DNA of 51,943 nt from an uncultured Nitrososphaerales archaeon (GCA_964475215.1 CAYYVT010000102.1:1-51943), one strand, 5' to 3'; counted from the stretch's first letter, positions 1-8,819 are shown. The notes: generated from the letters alone by a model not told the origin. Translations and numbers: made by a program.

Positions 1-830
1 GCCATCTTCCCGATCATCTCCATAAGCCTCTTGTTGGCGGCAACTCCTCCCACTACGAGGAGCTCCTTCCTCTCCGAGAAGGCCAGGGCCCTCTCTGCGA
101 CCTCGCAGAGCATGGCGTAGGCATGCTCCTGTATGGAGTAAGCCAAGTCTCTGTTGGCGCAGGCCCCGACATGATTCTTCGCGGCGGTGAGGAGGCCGGA
201 ATAGGAGACGTCGTTGCCCTTCACGACATATGGGAGCTCGATGAGATGCGATCCCTTAAGGGCCAGTTTCTCTATGGCAGGCCCGCAAGGGCTTGCCAGT
301 CCGATCTCTCGTCCGAACTGATCCAAGAGCTGGCCTATTGTAATGTCCAGGGTCTCCCCGAAGATCCTCCACCTCCCTCCCGCGGGGACGACCACGGCCG
401 TGTGGCCGCCAGACACCAACAGGCACACAGGCGATGACATGGAGCAGAGAAGTGAGCCCAGCTCTAGATGCCCTATGGCGTGGTTCACCGGGACCAGGGG
501 CTTTCGGTAGAAGGAGCTGAGCGACCTGGCCACGACGGCGCCGACCCGAAGGCAGGGCCCCAGACCCGGTCCCCCCGAGTAGGCCACCATGTCCAGCTCG
601 CGTGCCCTCACCTTTGCCTTTTCGAGGCAGTCCCCTAGGATAGCAGGGGCGACTTCGGAATGATGCCGTGAGGCTTCGCGGGGGTGAATGCCCGAGCCTG
701 GAGGAGCCCTGTACACGGCCCTGCAGTCAGCCAAGACCCTGCCGCCGGAGTCCATCACCGACGCTCCGAACGTATGGGCCGTGCTCTCGATCCCGAGCCC
801 CAGAAGGTCCGAATCACGCTCTGGCGGCAT
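1..830 (-). CDS. kae1: tRNA N6-adenosine threonylcarbamoyltransferase, Kae1/OSGEP family (3' end outside window)
   Basis: Absent from the ORF track because the stop lies beyond the left edge. My minus-strand translation: ATG at 830-828 gives MPPERDSDLLGLGIESTAHTFG. The same frame continues with MSSPVCLLVSGGHTAVV (about 440-390) and VGGVAANK (53-30). These are the Kae1/TsaD N-terminal, SGGHT and GGVAAN signatures. Confidence 0.85.
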   Translation of the reverse strand, partial: MPPERDSDLLGLGIESTAHTFGASVMDSGGRVLADCRAVYRAPPGSGIHPREASRHHSEVAPAILGDCLEKAKVRARELDMVAYSGGPGLGPCLRVGAVVARSLSSFYRKPLVPVNHAIGHLELGSLLCSMSSPVCLLVSGGHTAVVVPAGGRWRIFGETLDITIGQLLDQFGREIGLASPCGPAIEKLALKGSHLIELPYVVKGNDVSYSGLLTAAKNHVGACANRDLAYSIQEHAYAMLCEVAERALAFSERKELLVVGGVAANKRLMEMIGKM

Positions 831-853
831 CGAACCTCGTGAATGCAGAGCTG

Positions 854-870
854 AAGATAACCTTTATCTT
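854..870. promoter_or_regulatory. Palindromic TATA-like element in the kae1 / DUF54 divergent intergenic region
   Basis: AAGATAA-cct-TTATCTT is a perfect 7-nt inverted repeat. Each half lies about 25-35 nt upstream of one of the divergent starts (830 on minus, 901 on plus), the spacing expected for archaeal TATA boxes with short or no leaders. Confidence 0.4.
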
Positions 871-900
871 GCATCGTCGAGGAGTTCGCACCGTTAAGAA

Positions 901-1311
901 ATGAAGGCGAAGTCCGCCGACCTCTCCTTCCACCTGCACGCAACGGAGGATGGACTCAAGGTGGGGAAAGCTCTCAAGGATTCGCTTGGCATTGATGCGG
1001 TTTCGGCGGAAACCCTCCATGGCCACAACGGGAACATCATCATGGATAACAGGGCCGCCCTAGGCCAACCCGAAGCCGAGGCCCTCCTCGATAGGATTCT
1101 GAGGGGGCTATCGCAGGCAGACAGGGCCATGCTTCGGGAGGAGCTGGGCCAGCATATCGACGAAAGAGGGACCTTCTTTGTCAGGCTGGACAAGCAGGAG
1201 TTGGTCAAGGGGCGCCTGTCCCTCGCCGGCCCAGACGCCGTTAGGATAACCTTTAGGCTGGTGCTTAAGGGGGAGAAGGCCGAGGAGCTGATCAGAGAGT
1301 GCCTGACCTAG
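901..1311 (+). CDS. UPF0201/DUF54-type RNA-binding protein (exosome/RNase P superoperon associated)
   Basis: 136 aa with ATG start. The N-terminal LSFHLHATEDGLKVGKAL resembles the TED-x-KV signature of archaeal DUF54 proteins. It lies directly upstream of two RNase P subunit genes and overlaps the first, as in the archaeal superoperon. Confidence 0.6.
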   Translation: MKAKSADLSFHLHATEDGLKVGKALKDSLGIDAVSAETLHGHNGNIIMDNRAALGQPEAEALLDRILRGLSQADRAMLREELGQHIDERGTFFVRLDKQELVKGRLSLAGPDAVRITFRLVLKGEKAEELIRECLT

Positions 1312-1901
1312 GCCGCCTCGAGCTTCACGTCAGGCCGTCCCCGCCGTTCGGCGAATGGATCAGCGCCCTGAAGCTGATGGGCTATCTGGTGGTGGGATTG
1401 GAGATGGCCGAAGGGGAGGCTGTGGCCTTCCAATCGGAGGCCGGAGAGGGGCTCAGGTGCTTCCTACGGACTCCGTCTGATGCGCTTCCGTGGGTCGATT
1501 CCTGCGGACTGACCGAGGCGACAAAGCGGCGAAAGCCTCCTGAGCTGTTGGTCGTGCGGACTAGTGATCCAGTCAAGGAGATCGATGTGTACCTAGGAGC
1601 TCACCCCAACCGTGTGGCGGCTCTGGAACTAAGCCTGACGGACGTCAGGGAGGCCTATGAGTCGGCTTCGGGGAAGACCTTCGAATGGAGCTCAGGACTT
1701 GCAAGGGCGACCAGCTCAAGGGGAATACCCATTCTCTTTTCATCATCGGCCAAGTCTCCAACCCAGCTGGCTAGCCCCCTCACCAAGGGGGCGTTCGCGT
1801 CCATTATGAGAACCGGCCGACGTTCGACGGCGGTGCGTGAGAGGAAGTTCCTTAGGAGGTTAGATCAGGCCGTGGCGACGAGGAGGGTGGGCCTGCCGTG
1901 A
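1299..1901 (+). CDS. rnp3: RNase P protein component 3 (Rpp30 family), probable
   Basis: 200 aa. GTG start overlaps the upstream stop. The C-terminal segment IPILFSSSAKSPTQLASP resembles the conserved Rpp30 (PHP-like) SS-A-x-P region. Stop overlaps the Pop5 start (GTGA). Confidence 0.55.
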   Translation: MPDLGRLELHVRPSPPFGEWISALKLMGYLVVGLEMAEGEAVAFQSEAGEGLRCFLRTPSDALPWVDSCGLTEATKRRKPPELLVVRTSDPVKEIDVYLGAHPNRVAALELSLTDVREAYESASGKTFEWSSGLARATSSRGIPILFSSSAKSPTQLASPLTKGAFASIMRTGRRSTAVRERKFLRRLDQAVATRRVGLP

Positions 1902-2221
1902 GGGTCGTCAAGCGATACTACGCGGTCCTTGCGAGCGGGGCCGAGCACCCGTCCACGGAGCCGATAAGAGACAACATGGTGAAGCTTTTCGGGGTGGTGT
2001 CGGCTCATGAGGCTACCTTGAAGGTGGTTGAGGTCCGCGAATGGGGATTCGTACTAAGGGCGCTGATGAAAGATGGAGGCACCACTGACAGGGTCGCCCT
2101 GGCAGTGAGCTTCACCAGATACGGGGAGGGCTGGCTCCGTCCTCTTCACTGCTCTGGCACGTTAAAGGCGCTGAGGACAAGACTTAAAGAAGCGGGGCTT
2201 TTCAGCTCAAGATCGGGATGA
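1898..2221 (+). CDS. rnp2: RNase P protein component 2 (Pop5 family)
   Basis: 107 aa. The N-terminal KRYYAV and C-terminal CSGTLKALRTRLKEAG match the Pop5 pattern (KRYI..., SGTIKRLKRK). Confidence 0.65.
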   Translation: MRVVKRYYAVLASGAEHPSTEPIRDNMVKLFGVVSAHEATLKVVEVREWGFVLRALMKDGGTTDRVALAVSFTRYGEGWLRPLHCSGTLKALRTRLKEAGLFSSRSG

Positions 2222-2315
2222 AGTTATCGCCGTCCCAGGCTGAGCCCCCAAGGCGTTGAAGACCTCGCGACGAACTGACCCAAGACTCCTAGGGCCGTGC
2301 CTGGACTGAGAGCAG

Positions 2316-2585
2316 CTAGTAGGTGATCCTGAAACCGAAAAGTGCCTGTGCCTCGCTCTCACGCGTCACCTCAAGCCTATCCACGGCGGCTGCCGGTGGG
2401 CCACGTCTGCACATCTCGACGGCACGGTTGACGTCGGCTTCGGCACCGTCAAAGAGAGCCTCCACCGAGCCGTCGGCCATATTGCGCACCCATCCTCTGA
2501 GTTTCGAGGACTCGGCCACCTCCCTAATGAAGTACCGGAAGCCCACTCCCTGGACCACTCCAAATACCCTCACCCGGACGCGCAA
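2316..2585 (-). CDS. acyP: Acylphosphatase
   Basis: 89 aa. VFGVVQGVGFRYF and GWVRNMADGSVEA are the two acylphosphatase signatures. Confidence 0.9.
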   Translation of the reverse strand: MRVRVRVFGVVQGVGFRYFIREVAESSKLRGWVRNMADGSVEALFDGAEADVNRAVEMCRRGPPAAAVDRLEVTRESEAQALFGFRITY

Positions 2586-2647
2586 CAGGCACCGCTGAAC
2601 ACGATGCCGCAGATGGGCTAATATGCGTAGTCGAGAAAAGAGGGAAT

Positions 2648-3061
2648 CTACGTGATCTCCCTAAGTATGATTATAGTATTCGTGGTGGCCACTCCCTCCG
2701 CGCGGCGAATCTGGTCGATGCTCGCATTGACCTCCGAGATGTTGGTCCCGGTTATCAGGACGGCGATGTCGTACTGCCCGGTAATCTCGTATACCCTCTG
2801 CACTGCTGGCAGAGCCTTGATCCGGGCCGACACGTCGCTGGTCGGAGTGGAGGGGGCGACGGCGACCAATGTGAGGGCGCTAGCAGCCTGACCTACCTCG
2901 ATGTCTATGGTGAATCGTTTTATGATGTTCAGCTCCTGAAGCCGCTTGACCCTGCGCCTTACGGCCGCTTCGGAGAGCCCGACGTTGGAACCGAGATCGA
3001 CGAAAGAAAGACGAGCGTCGTGCTTAAGAAGCTCAAGGAGCTTCTTGTCGACTTCGTCCAT
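2648..3061 (-). CDS. Lrp/AsnC family transcriptional regulator
   Basis: 137 aa. N-terminal HTH (DKKLLELLKHDARLSFVDLGSNVGLSEAAVRRRVKRLQE) followed by an RAM/ACT-like C-terminal domain. Confidence 0.85.
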   Translation of the reverse strand: MDEVDKKLLELLKHDARLSFVDLGSNVGLSEAAVRRRVKRLQELNIIKRFTIDIEVGQAASALTLVAVAPSTPTSDVSARIKALPAVQRVYEITGQYDIAVLITGTNISEVNASIDQIRRAEGVATTNTIIILREIT

Positions 3062-3090
3062 TGCGAATCGGCTGAAAGGGGCTCGCTGCG

Positions 3091-3100
3091 TAATTAAAAC
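3091..3100 (-). promoter_or_regulatory. TATA-like box for the Lrp gene
   Basis: The minus strand reads GTTTTAATTA, 30-39 nt upstream of the ATG at 3061. Confidence 0.4.
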
Positions 3101-3175
3101 CTTTCTTCCAGACTGGAGATGGAATGCCCTCCGGGCCGTACATACTTCGTAAGGACGACGACAGTGCGCAACCTT

Positions 3176-3601
3176 TCAATCAAGGGCCTGGAAGGCGGAG
3201 AGCTCCCCGTCCGCTCCCGAGGCAAGCCTCGTCACCATCGGCCGAGGGACGTCCCAGGCGGCAGCGCTGGACCGCACGGCCAGCGTCCTAGGGCAGGTGT
3301 ACGTGCTCCTGCGGACGACCATGCTTGTCGGGTGGGTGAGGGTCAGGGCGCTAGATCCGCTGGCCGAAAACTCGAAGACGCTGCCGTTCACCATAAGGGC
3401 GAACCTCAGCTTTGACCCCTCCCGCATCATGTAGGATTTCGCCCGGGCGTCGAGGCCCAGGCAACCCGAGTCAGCCTTGATGCCTATGATGCAATCCCCT
3501 CCGAGGGTGAGGAAGTCTTCGCGGGTGACCTCCAGTGTCATCCTGTTCGTGGCCCTCACGTTGGGATGCCCCTTAAAATGGACAGTGAAGAGGGGCTCCA
3601 T
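3176..3601 (-). CDS. DUF371 domain protein
   Basis: The track ORF 3176..3673 overlaps pcm. The internal ATG at 3601 (MEPLFTVHFKGHPNVRATNRMTLEVTREDFLTLGGDCIIGIKAD) starts just after the pcm stop. It carries the GH-x-N...T-x-E-x-T...GDCII pattern typical of DUF371. Confidence 0.7.
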   Translation of the reverse strand: MEPLFTVHFKGHPNVRATNRMTLEVTREDFLTLGGDCIIGIKADSGCLGLDARAKSYMMREGSKLRFALMVNGSVFEFSASGSSALTLTHPTSMVVRRSTYTCPRTLAVRSSAAAWDVPRPMVTRLASGADGELSAFQALD

Positions 3602-3611
3602 AGAGTGACCC

Positions 3612-4295
3612 CTAGTAGCCCTCTCGACCGATGAGGGGGACGAAGACACAGCCCCCCAAGTCCTCTTGTGCATACCTGTCCGAGGAGATCCTGACCACCC
3701 TGATCAGGTCCTGGTAGCCCATGGGCCCCACGGGGACAAGTAAAGTGCCACCTATCTTGAGCTGTCTCTTCAGGGCCAGGGGCACACGGGGAGCGGCGGC
3801 CGTGACCATGATCCCATCAAATGACGCCCCAGCTCCCGCAACCCCTCCGAGAGTTCCGTCACCGAGTATGACCTCAACCCGGTCAGAATAGCCGGAGGCA
3901 ATCAGATTCCTCCTAGCAAAGGCCACCAGCTCGGGAACCCTTTCCACGGAGACGACCCTTCCCCTTGACTGGGGATTGGGGGCGACCATCTCGGCCAGCA
4001 GGGCGGCGTTGTAGCCGCTTCCCGTGCCGACTTCGAGCACAGAGTCGCCGGCCTTGGGTTTCAGGGCCTCGAGCATTATTACGACCATGTGAGGTGCGGA
4101 GATGGTTTGACCGGTGTCCCCTAGGGCCAGAGGCATGTCGAAGTAGGCCTGCTCCAGGGTATCCGGCCAAACGAAGGCTTCCCTGGGGACCTTGAGGAAG
4201 GCCCTCCGCACTTCGGCGGACTTCATGAGGCCTTCGGATGCGAGGTCGTCGGCAAGCCTGGACCGTTCAAGGTCATGCTTCAAGGCCCTAGCCAA
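3612..4295 (-). CDS. pcm: Protein-L-isoaspartate O-methyltransferase
   Basis: 227 aa. Contains the SAM-binding motif VLEVGTGSGYNAALLAE and the TISAPHMV motif. Confidence 0.9.
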   Translation of the reverse strand: MARALKHDLERSRLADDLASEGLMKSAEVRRAFLKVPREAFVWPDTLEQAYFDMPLALGDTGQTISAPHMVVIMLEALKPKAGDSVLEVGTGSGYNAALLAEMVAPNPQSRGRVVSVERVPELVAFARRNLIASGYSDRVEVILGDGTLGGVAGAGASFDGIMVTAAAPRVPLALKRQLKIGGTLLVPVGPMGYQDLIRVVRISSDRYAQEDLGGCVFVPLIGREGY

Positions 4296-5334
4296 ACCAC
4301 CTCTCCAGTGTTTCGCTCTTGCCCTTGGATGCCTCTCCGACTCTCTTTACGGCGGCCTGGACTCTGTCGGGGGAGAAATCGTGTCTGTCGCAGAGCATGG
4401 CCTTAACCCCATCGAGCTCTATCTGACCCCACTCAAGGCCACTCACGTCCGAGACCGCAGGTTTTAGGAAGATGTCGCGTATCTGGGGGTAGTCGTAGTC
4501 GGAGATTTCGTCCTTGAGGGGCTCGACCCTGTCAAGGGAGCCGTAGGTGCGTATGTATTTGAGCGCGGTGGCAGTCCCGACCCCCTTGAAACCATCGGGG
4601 TTGAAGTCAGTCCCCAGGAGGATCCCGAGGTCCACGAGCTGGGCCCGATCGACTTGGAGCTCCCTGTAGACGTCGTCCAGCTTCACGATCTCTGGGTTCA
4701 CTTCTATGTAGACGTCCCTTCCGGGGAGCTTCCGCCTTCCCGAGACCGTCAGGTTCCTGATGAGCCTTGGCGAGCCGAACAGAAGGGAGTCATAGTCTTG
4801 GGAGACGGAGGCCCAGGCGACCCCCGTTGAAGCGAGGTATGCGGCCTCGCATTCTCCCTCTGAGGGGGCCTGTACGGCCGGGAGGCCCATCAGCTTCAGC
4901 AGCTCCTTTGATTCCGCCACCATCCCCTCGTCGAGCCTCACCGACTGGGAGCCGTACTTCCTCATCGCCTCCGCGTCCCCCCTGACCTGGGCCTCTTGGT
5001 ATAGCTCGTAGGCCTTCCTCTTCGCCTCTCCCCTCCTCATGATCTCTTCACGTTTGAGCTGGGGTGGCTTCCCGTCGAAGACATAGAGGGGCTGGGCGCC
5101 CTTCTCGAGGAGGTTGCATGTCCTGTAGAAGAGGCCACTCAGGTGGCTGGTGACTCTGCGCTCCCTGTCCATGAGAGGGTCCCCGGTGTCTCCCCTGATC
5201 ACAGCCAGGAACTGGTAGAGGGCGTTGTAGGCGTCGATGGCGATGACCCTCCGGTTAAGGTCTTCGAGCTTGATGGGCGCCCTGCTCTTAACGAGGGGAC
5301 CTAGGTCTACTCCCATGCTCCATCGGCCAGACAA
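4288..5334 (-). CDS. fen: Flap endonuclease 1
   Basis: 348 aa. The N domain (IAIDAYNALYQFL), the I domain (APSEGECEAAYL), the H3TH region (LGTDFNP) and the overall length are typical of archaeal FEN1. Confidence 0.95.
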   Translation of the reverse strand: MSGRWSMGVDLGPLVKSRAPIKLEDLNRRVIAIDAYNALYQFLAVIRGDTGDPLMDRERRVTSHLSGLFYRTCNLLEKGAQPLYVFDGKPPQLKREEIMRRGEAKRKAYELYQEAQVRGDAEAMRKYGSQSVRLDEGMVAESKELLKLMGLPAVQAPSEGECEAAYLASTGVAWASVSQDYDSLLFGSPRLIRNLTVSGRRKLPGRDVYIEVNPEIVKLDDVYRELQVDRAQLVDLGILLGTDFNPDGFKGVGTATALKYIRTYGSLDRVEPLKDEISDYDYPQIRDIFLKPAVSDVSGLEWGQIELDGVKAMLCDRHDFSPDRVQAAVKRVGEASKGKSETLERWFG

Positions 5335-5351
5335 ACAGGTCGGGAAGTATC

Positions 5352-5624
5352 TTATGTGCTTTCCTGACGAGCAGGCTCGGACCTGGGCTCGCGGTATTCG
5401 ATCCTGCGCCTCTCCTTGTCCATCCAGCTGACCGTTATGAGGCCCCTTATCTCCAGGCGGAAAAGGATGTCGTTGAGGTCATCCATCTCCATCTCCTTCG
5501 TCTTCCTTATCTCGTTGAGCAGGTCTACGTCGGTCGTCACCTTCAAGGACCGAATCTTCTCGTCTACCGCCGCGGCGGCGCTATCTACCATAGTCAGAAC
5601 ACGCTGACCAGAACGTCGTTTCAA
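5352..5624 (-). CDS. Hypothetical small protein (possibly winged-helix-like)
   Basis: 90 aa ORF packed between fen and cdc48 on the same strand. No motif recognised. The start may be the internal M12. Confidence 0.4.
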   Translation of the reverse strand: MKRRSGQRVLTMVDSAAAAVDEKIRSLKVTTDVDLLNEIRKTKEMEMDDLNDILFRLEIRGLITVSWMDKERRRIEYREPRSEPARQEST

Positions 5625-5660
5625 GGGGCACCTTTGGAGGCTTATTAAAGTTGACGGCCT

Positions 5661-7835
5661 TCATCCGTACTGGCTCTGCTTCTGGTCCTTCATGACCTGG
5701 CTCCTCAGCTTCTTGTCCAGCTCGACGTACCAGTCCTCCGCCTCCTTGCTGAACCCGGGCTTGACCCGCTCTAGGCCGCTCGCGAAATCGGCGCTCGATA
5801 TCGTATCGGACTTCCTCCGGATAGCCGAGAGGCCTGCTTCGCGGCAGAGCGAGTCGAGGTCGGCGCCGGTGTAGTTGACGGTCAACTTGGCCAGCGACGC
5901 CAAGTCGACGTCGGAGGCCAGAGGCATGTGGGAGACGAGTATCTTGATGATGGAGAGCCGGCCGTCTTCGTCGGGGGGAGCCACGTAGAACAAGAGGCCT
6001 AGCCTCCCCGGCCGCAGGAGGGAGGGGTCAAGCAGGTCGGGCCGGTTGGTGGAGCCTATGATGAAGACCCCTTCCCCCGAGTAAAGGGCGTCTATCTGAG
6101 TAAGCAACTGGCTGAGGACCGTCTCTCCGCTCCAAGCTTCTTCAGAGGCATATCGGGTCTTCCCCACCGAATCGATTTCGTCAAAGAGTATGATGCAGGG
6201 GCTTGAGGACCTGGCCTTCCTGAAGATGTCCCTGATGGCCTTCTCCGACTCGCCAAGCCATTTGCTCAGGATTTCGGGCCCCCTGATGACGATCAGGTTA
6301 GTCTGAGACTCCGCTGCAAGGGCCTTGGCAAGGAGCGTCTTGCCACATCCCGGAGGCCCATAGAGGAGCACCCCCCTCGGAGGCTCGATGCCCTTCTTCT
6401 TGAACTCTTCAGGATGTCTGACGGCCTCTATGATGTTCTCGCTGAGGGCCTCCTTCACCTTGTCCAGCCCCCCCACGTCCTCCCATCGCGTCTGAGGGAC
6501 CTCGACGTAGAATTCCCTGAGGGCGGTGGGCACGATGCCCTTGTAGGCCTCGAGGAAGTCCTCCATGTCGACCGTGAGCTTTTCCAGGGCGGAGCTAGGA
6601 ACGCTCCGGATGTCGATTTCAGAGTGAGGGACGACCCTTCGCAACGCCCCCAAGGCGGCTTCACGACACAGCGCCTTCAGATCGGCCCCCGTGTAGCCGT
6701 TTGTTATGGACGAGAGGCGTTTGAGGTCGACATCGCCAGCCAGAGGCATGCCCGCCGTGTGGATTTGCAGGATCTCGAGCCTCCCCCCCGTGTTGGGCAC
6801 TCCTATCTCCACCTCCCTGTCGAATCGCCCAGGCCTCCTGAGGGCCAGATCGACGTCGTCGATCCTGTTTGTGGCGCCGATGACGACCACGTTCCCCCTT
6901 TCGCTGAGGCCGTCCATCAGGGAGAGCAGCTGAGCCACCATCCTCTTCTCAACCTCCCCAAACACCTCCTCCCTCTTGGGAGCTATCGCGTCGATTTCGT
7001 CTATGAAGACCAGGCTTGGGGCGCTTTCCCTCGCATCCTTGAATATCTCTCGGAGCTTGGCCTCGGTCTCGCCATAGTACTTGCTCATTATCTCGGGCCC
7101 GTTGATAGAGTAGAACTTCGCCTGAGACTCGTTCGCCAAGGCCTTCGCGATCATGGTCTTTCCACATCCTGGAGGACCATAGAGGAGGACGCCCCTCGGA
7201 GGCTCAATGCCGAGCCTGGCGAAGAGCTCAGGAAAGCGCAGCGGCAGCTCCACGATTTCGCGCAGTCTACGGAGCTGCTCCCGCAGCCCTCCGATGTCTT
7301 CGTAGGTGACCCGCTGGTCCGTCATGAGCGCCTCGGCGAGCTTCGTCTCGATCTTCAGCCTCGTCGAATCCTCGGACACGACGATGCCTTTGGGGGAAAC
7401 CCTAAGCACCTTGAAGCTTACCGGATTGCCCAGCACTACGATAGAAAGGGAGCTCCCCTCCACCAGGGGCATCCCCTTGATCCTGTTCTTTACGAACGAT
7501 TCGAAGTCCTCATCGAGCTGCACCGACCTGCTGAGCGGGGCGAGGATGACGCCGGTAGCAGCTCTGACGACCGCCTTGCTTACGTCGACGAACTCGTTGA
7601 GCGTGACGCCAAGGTTTCGCCTGATGGAGCCGTCTATCCTGACGAGGCTGCTTCCGGAGTCGTCGTCACTTGGCCAAGCGGCGGCAGCGGCGATCTCCCT
7701 GCCCTTCAGCTCCAGGAAGTCCCCCGGCTTGACGCCGATCTTCATCATGGCCGCCATGGGGAGCCGTGCCCTAGCCTTTCCGATGTCCCTAGGTAGGGCT
7801 TCCTGAACCTTGAGTCGGACTCTCTTTACGGGCAT
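5661..7835 (-). CDS. cdc48: CDC48/VCP-type AAA+ ATPase (two AAA domains)
   Basis: 724 aa. N-terminal double-psi barrel region, two Walker A sites (GPPGCGKT twice), two Walker B sites (FIDEID, LFDEID) and second regions of homology. Confidence 0.95.
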   Translation of the reverse strand: MPVKRVRLKVQEALPRDIGKARARLPMAAMMKIGVKPGDFLELKGREIAAAAAWPSDDDSGSSLVRIDGSIRRNLGVTLNEFVDVSKAVVRAATGVILAPLSRSVQLDEDFESFVKNRIKGMPLVEGSSLSIVVLGNPVSFKVLRVSPKGIVVSEDSTRLKIETKLAEALMTDQRVTYEDIGGLREQLRRLREIVELPLRFPELFARLGIEPPRGVLLYGPPGCGKTMIAKALANESQAKFYSINGPEIMSKYYGETEAKLREIFKDARESAPSLVFIDEIDAIAPKREEVFGEVEKRMVAQLLSLMDGLSERGNVVVIGATNRIDDVDLALRRPGRFDREVEIGVPNTGGRLEILQIHTAGMPLAGDVDLKRLSSITNGYTGADLKALCREAALGALRRVVPHSEIDIRSVPSSALEKLTVDMEDFLEAYKGIVPTALREFYVEVPQTRWEDVGGLDKVKEALSENIIEAVRHPEEFKKKGIEPPRGVLLYGPPGCGKTLLAKALAAESQTNLIVIRGPEILSKWLGESEKAIRDIFRKARSSSPCIILFDEIDSVGKTRYASEEAWSGETVLSQLLTQIDALYSGEGVFIIGSTNRPDLLDPSLLRPGRLGLLFYVAPPDEDGRLSIIKILVSHMPLASDVDLASLAKLTVNYTGADLDSLCREAGLSAIRRKSDTISSADFASGLERVKPGFSKEAEDWYVELDKKLRSQVMKDQKQSQYG

Positions 7836-7923
7836 CCCTTCACCGCAGCTGAACCAGCAGGATGGACAGAAGCGAGCCGGAGGCAGATAAGCCTAGGTGT
7901 GGAAATCACGAGGCCGCCGGCGT

Positions 7924-8205
7924 CTACCTTACGTGCGTTGACGATTTGCTCACGCCGATGACGTCCACTTGGCTGATGCCCTTGGTCGACATGAGAGCAG
8001 TCTCGAGCGGATCGGTTCCCCCTTCCTTGTCCTCGATGCCGAAGTCCACTATCAGGGCGTTAAGCCCGAAGGCCACGGGCTCCACCCTGTACCTGATGAC
8101 GGAGGCGACGGCCCTGGTGGAGGCCTTGATCTCCTCCAGGGTTTGCTCGGGCTTCGTCTCGATGTCCTCCGGGAGGACCTTCACGCGAACCACAATGTCA
8201 GGCAT
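7924..8205 (-). CDS. Translation elongation factor aEF-1 beta
   Basis: 93 aa. Size and the pattern VKVLPEDIE...VEPVAFGLNALIV...GISQVDV fit archaeal EF-1beta. The upstream Zn-ribbon gene is the usual archaeal partner. Confidence 0.8.
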   Translation of the reverse strand: MPDIVVRVKVLPEDIETKPEQTLEEIKASTRAVASVIRYRVEPVAFGLNALIVDFGIEDKEGGTDPLETALMSTKGISQVDVIGVSKSSTHVR

Positions 8206-8217
8206 AGAAGTCCCCTC

Positions 8218-8385
8218 CTACGGGCCTTCGAATCCGCAGTTTTCGCACTTAAACGGCCTTGCGAGAAGCCTGCACCGTTCGCAGCGCCTGATCAAGACCT
8301 TGCCGCATTCTGGGCAGTAGAACTTGACGGCCTTCTCCCTTGGGTCGATGGGCTTGTTGCAAGAGGAACAAGTCGGAGGCCTCAC
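8218..8385 (-). CDS. Small double zinc-ribbon protein (four CxxC pairs), GTG start; below ORF-track size cutoff
   Basis: My translation: (M)RPPTCSSCNKPIDPREKAVKFYCPECGKVLIRRCERCRLLARPFKCENCGFEGP, 55 aa, TAG at 8220-8218. A GGTGA-type SD-like run (8402-8410) and a minus-strand TTATATAC box (8426-8433) lie upstream. Position immediately upstream of EF-1beta is conserved in archaea. Confidence 0.55.
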   Translation of the reverse strand: MRPPTCSSCNKPIDPREKAVKFYCPECGKVLIRRCERCRLLARPFKCENCGFEGP

Positions 8386-8425
8386 CAACGGTGACAAACT
8401 TACTCACCCCCCTTTCTGAAGTGGT

Positions 8426-8433
8426 GTATATAA
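8426..8433 (-). promoter_or_regulatory. TATA-like box for the Zn-ribbon/EF-1beta transcription unit
   Basis: The minus strand reads TTATATAC, 41-48 nt upstream of the GTG at 8385, with a G-rich SD-like stretch in between. Confidence 0.4.
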
Positions 8434-8602
8434 CAATTGCTTGCTACGGCGACTTGAAACGGGGTCGCGAAACGGCCGAGGAAACACAGATGGGATTAGG
8501 CAGGAAGAAGTTGGCACAGGCGCCCAAATCCATCAAAAAAGGCGGCCTTTGACGCCTGCGGCAAGCCAGAACCAGCCATTTTAGGCACATGAAACGCATA
8601 GG

Positions 8603-8610
8603 CTTAAATA
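8603..8610 (+). promoter_or_regulatory. TATA-like box for the DUF5679-like gene
   Basis: CTTAAATA lies 37-44 nt upstream of the TTG at 8647. GGTGA (8637-8641) sits 6 nt before the start as an SD. Confidence 0.4.
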
Positions 8611-8646
8611 CGCACGTCTCGTATCCTACGCACAACGGTGAATTGA

Positions 8647-8796
8647 TTGGCTGAAACGGCATACTGCGTTAAGTGCAGGGCAAAGCGTGAGATGAAGAAT
8701 CCAAAGGAAGTCAAGCTAAAGAACGGAAGGAAGGCACTATCGGGCACCTGCGCCAAATGCGGTACGAAGGTATTCAAGATCCTGGGCAAGAAGTAA
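8647..8796 (+). CDS. Small zinc-ribbon protein, DUF5679-like; TTG start; below ORF-track size cutoff
   Basis: My translation: (M)AETAYCVKCRAKREMKNPKEVKLKNGRKALSGTCAKCGTKVFKILGKK, 49 aa, TAA at 8794-8796. The pattern YCVKC...MKNP...LKNGR.AL.G.C.KCGTKVF.I is what I recall for DUF5679. The TTG directly follows an in-frame TGA. Confidence 0.6.
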   Translation: MAETAYCVKCRAKREMKNPKEVKLKNGRKALSGTCAKCGTKVFKILGKK

Positions 8797-8819
8797 GCCC
8801 CTGGCAAACGCCCCTGACG

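Noticed and set aside
6414-7796. 460-aa ORF on the plus strand opposite cdc48
   Set aside because: It lies entirely antisense to a high-confidence AAA+ ATPase gene. Its composition is Arg/Pro/Gly/Leu-rich with no motifs. Long stop-free antisense frames are expected in GC-rich coding DNA.
8453-8484. Three GAAAC-ending motifs reminiscent of CRISPR repeat termini
   Set aside because: The spacing is only 12-13 nt and the units are not full repeats. There is no spacer-repeat periodicity and no cas genes in the window.
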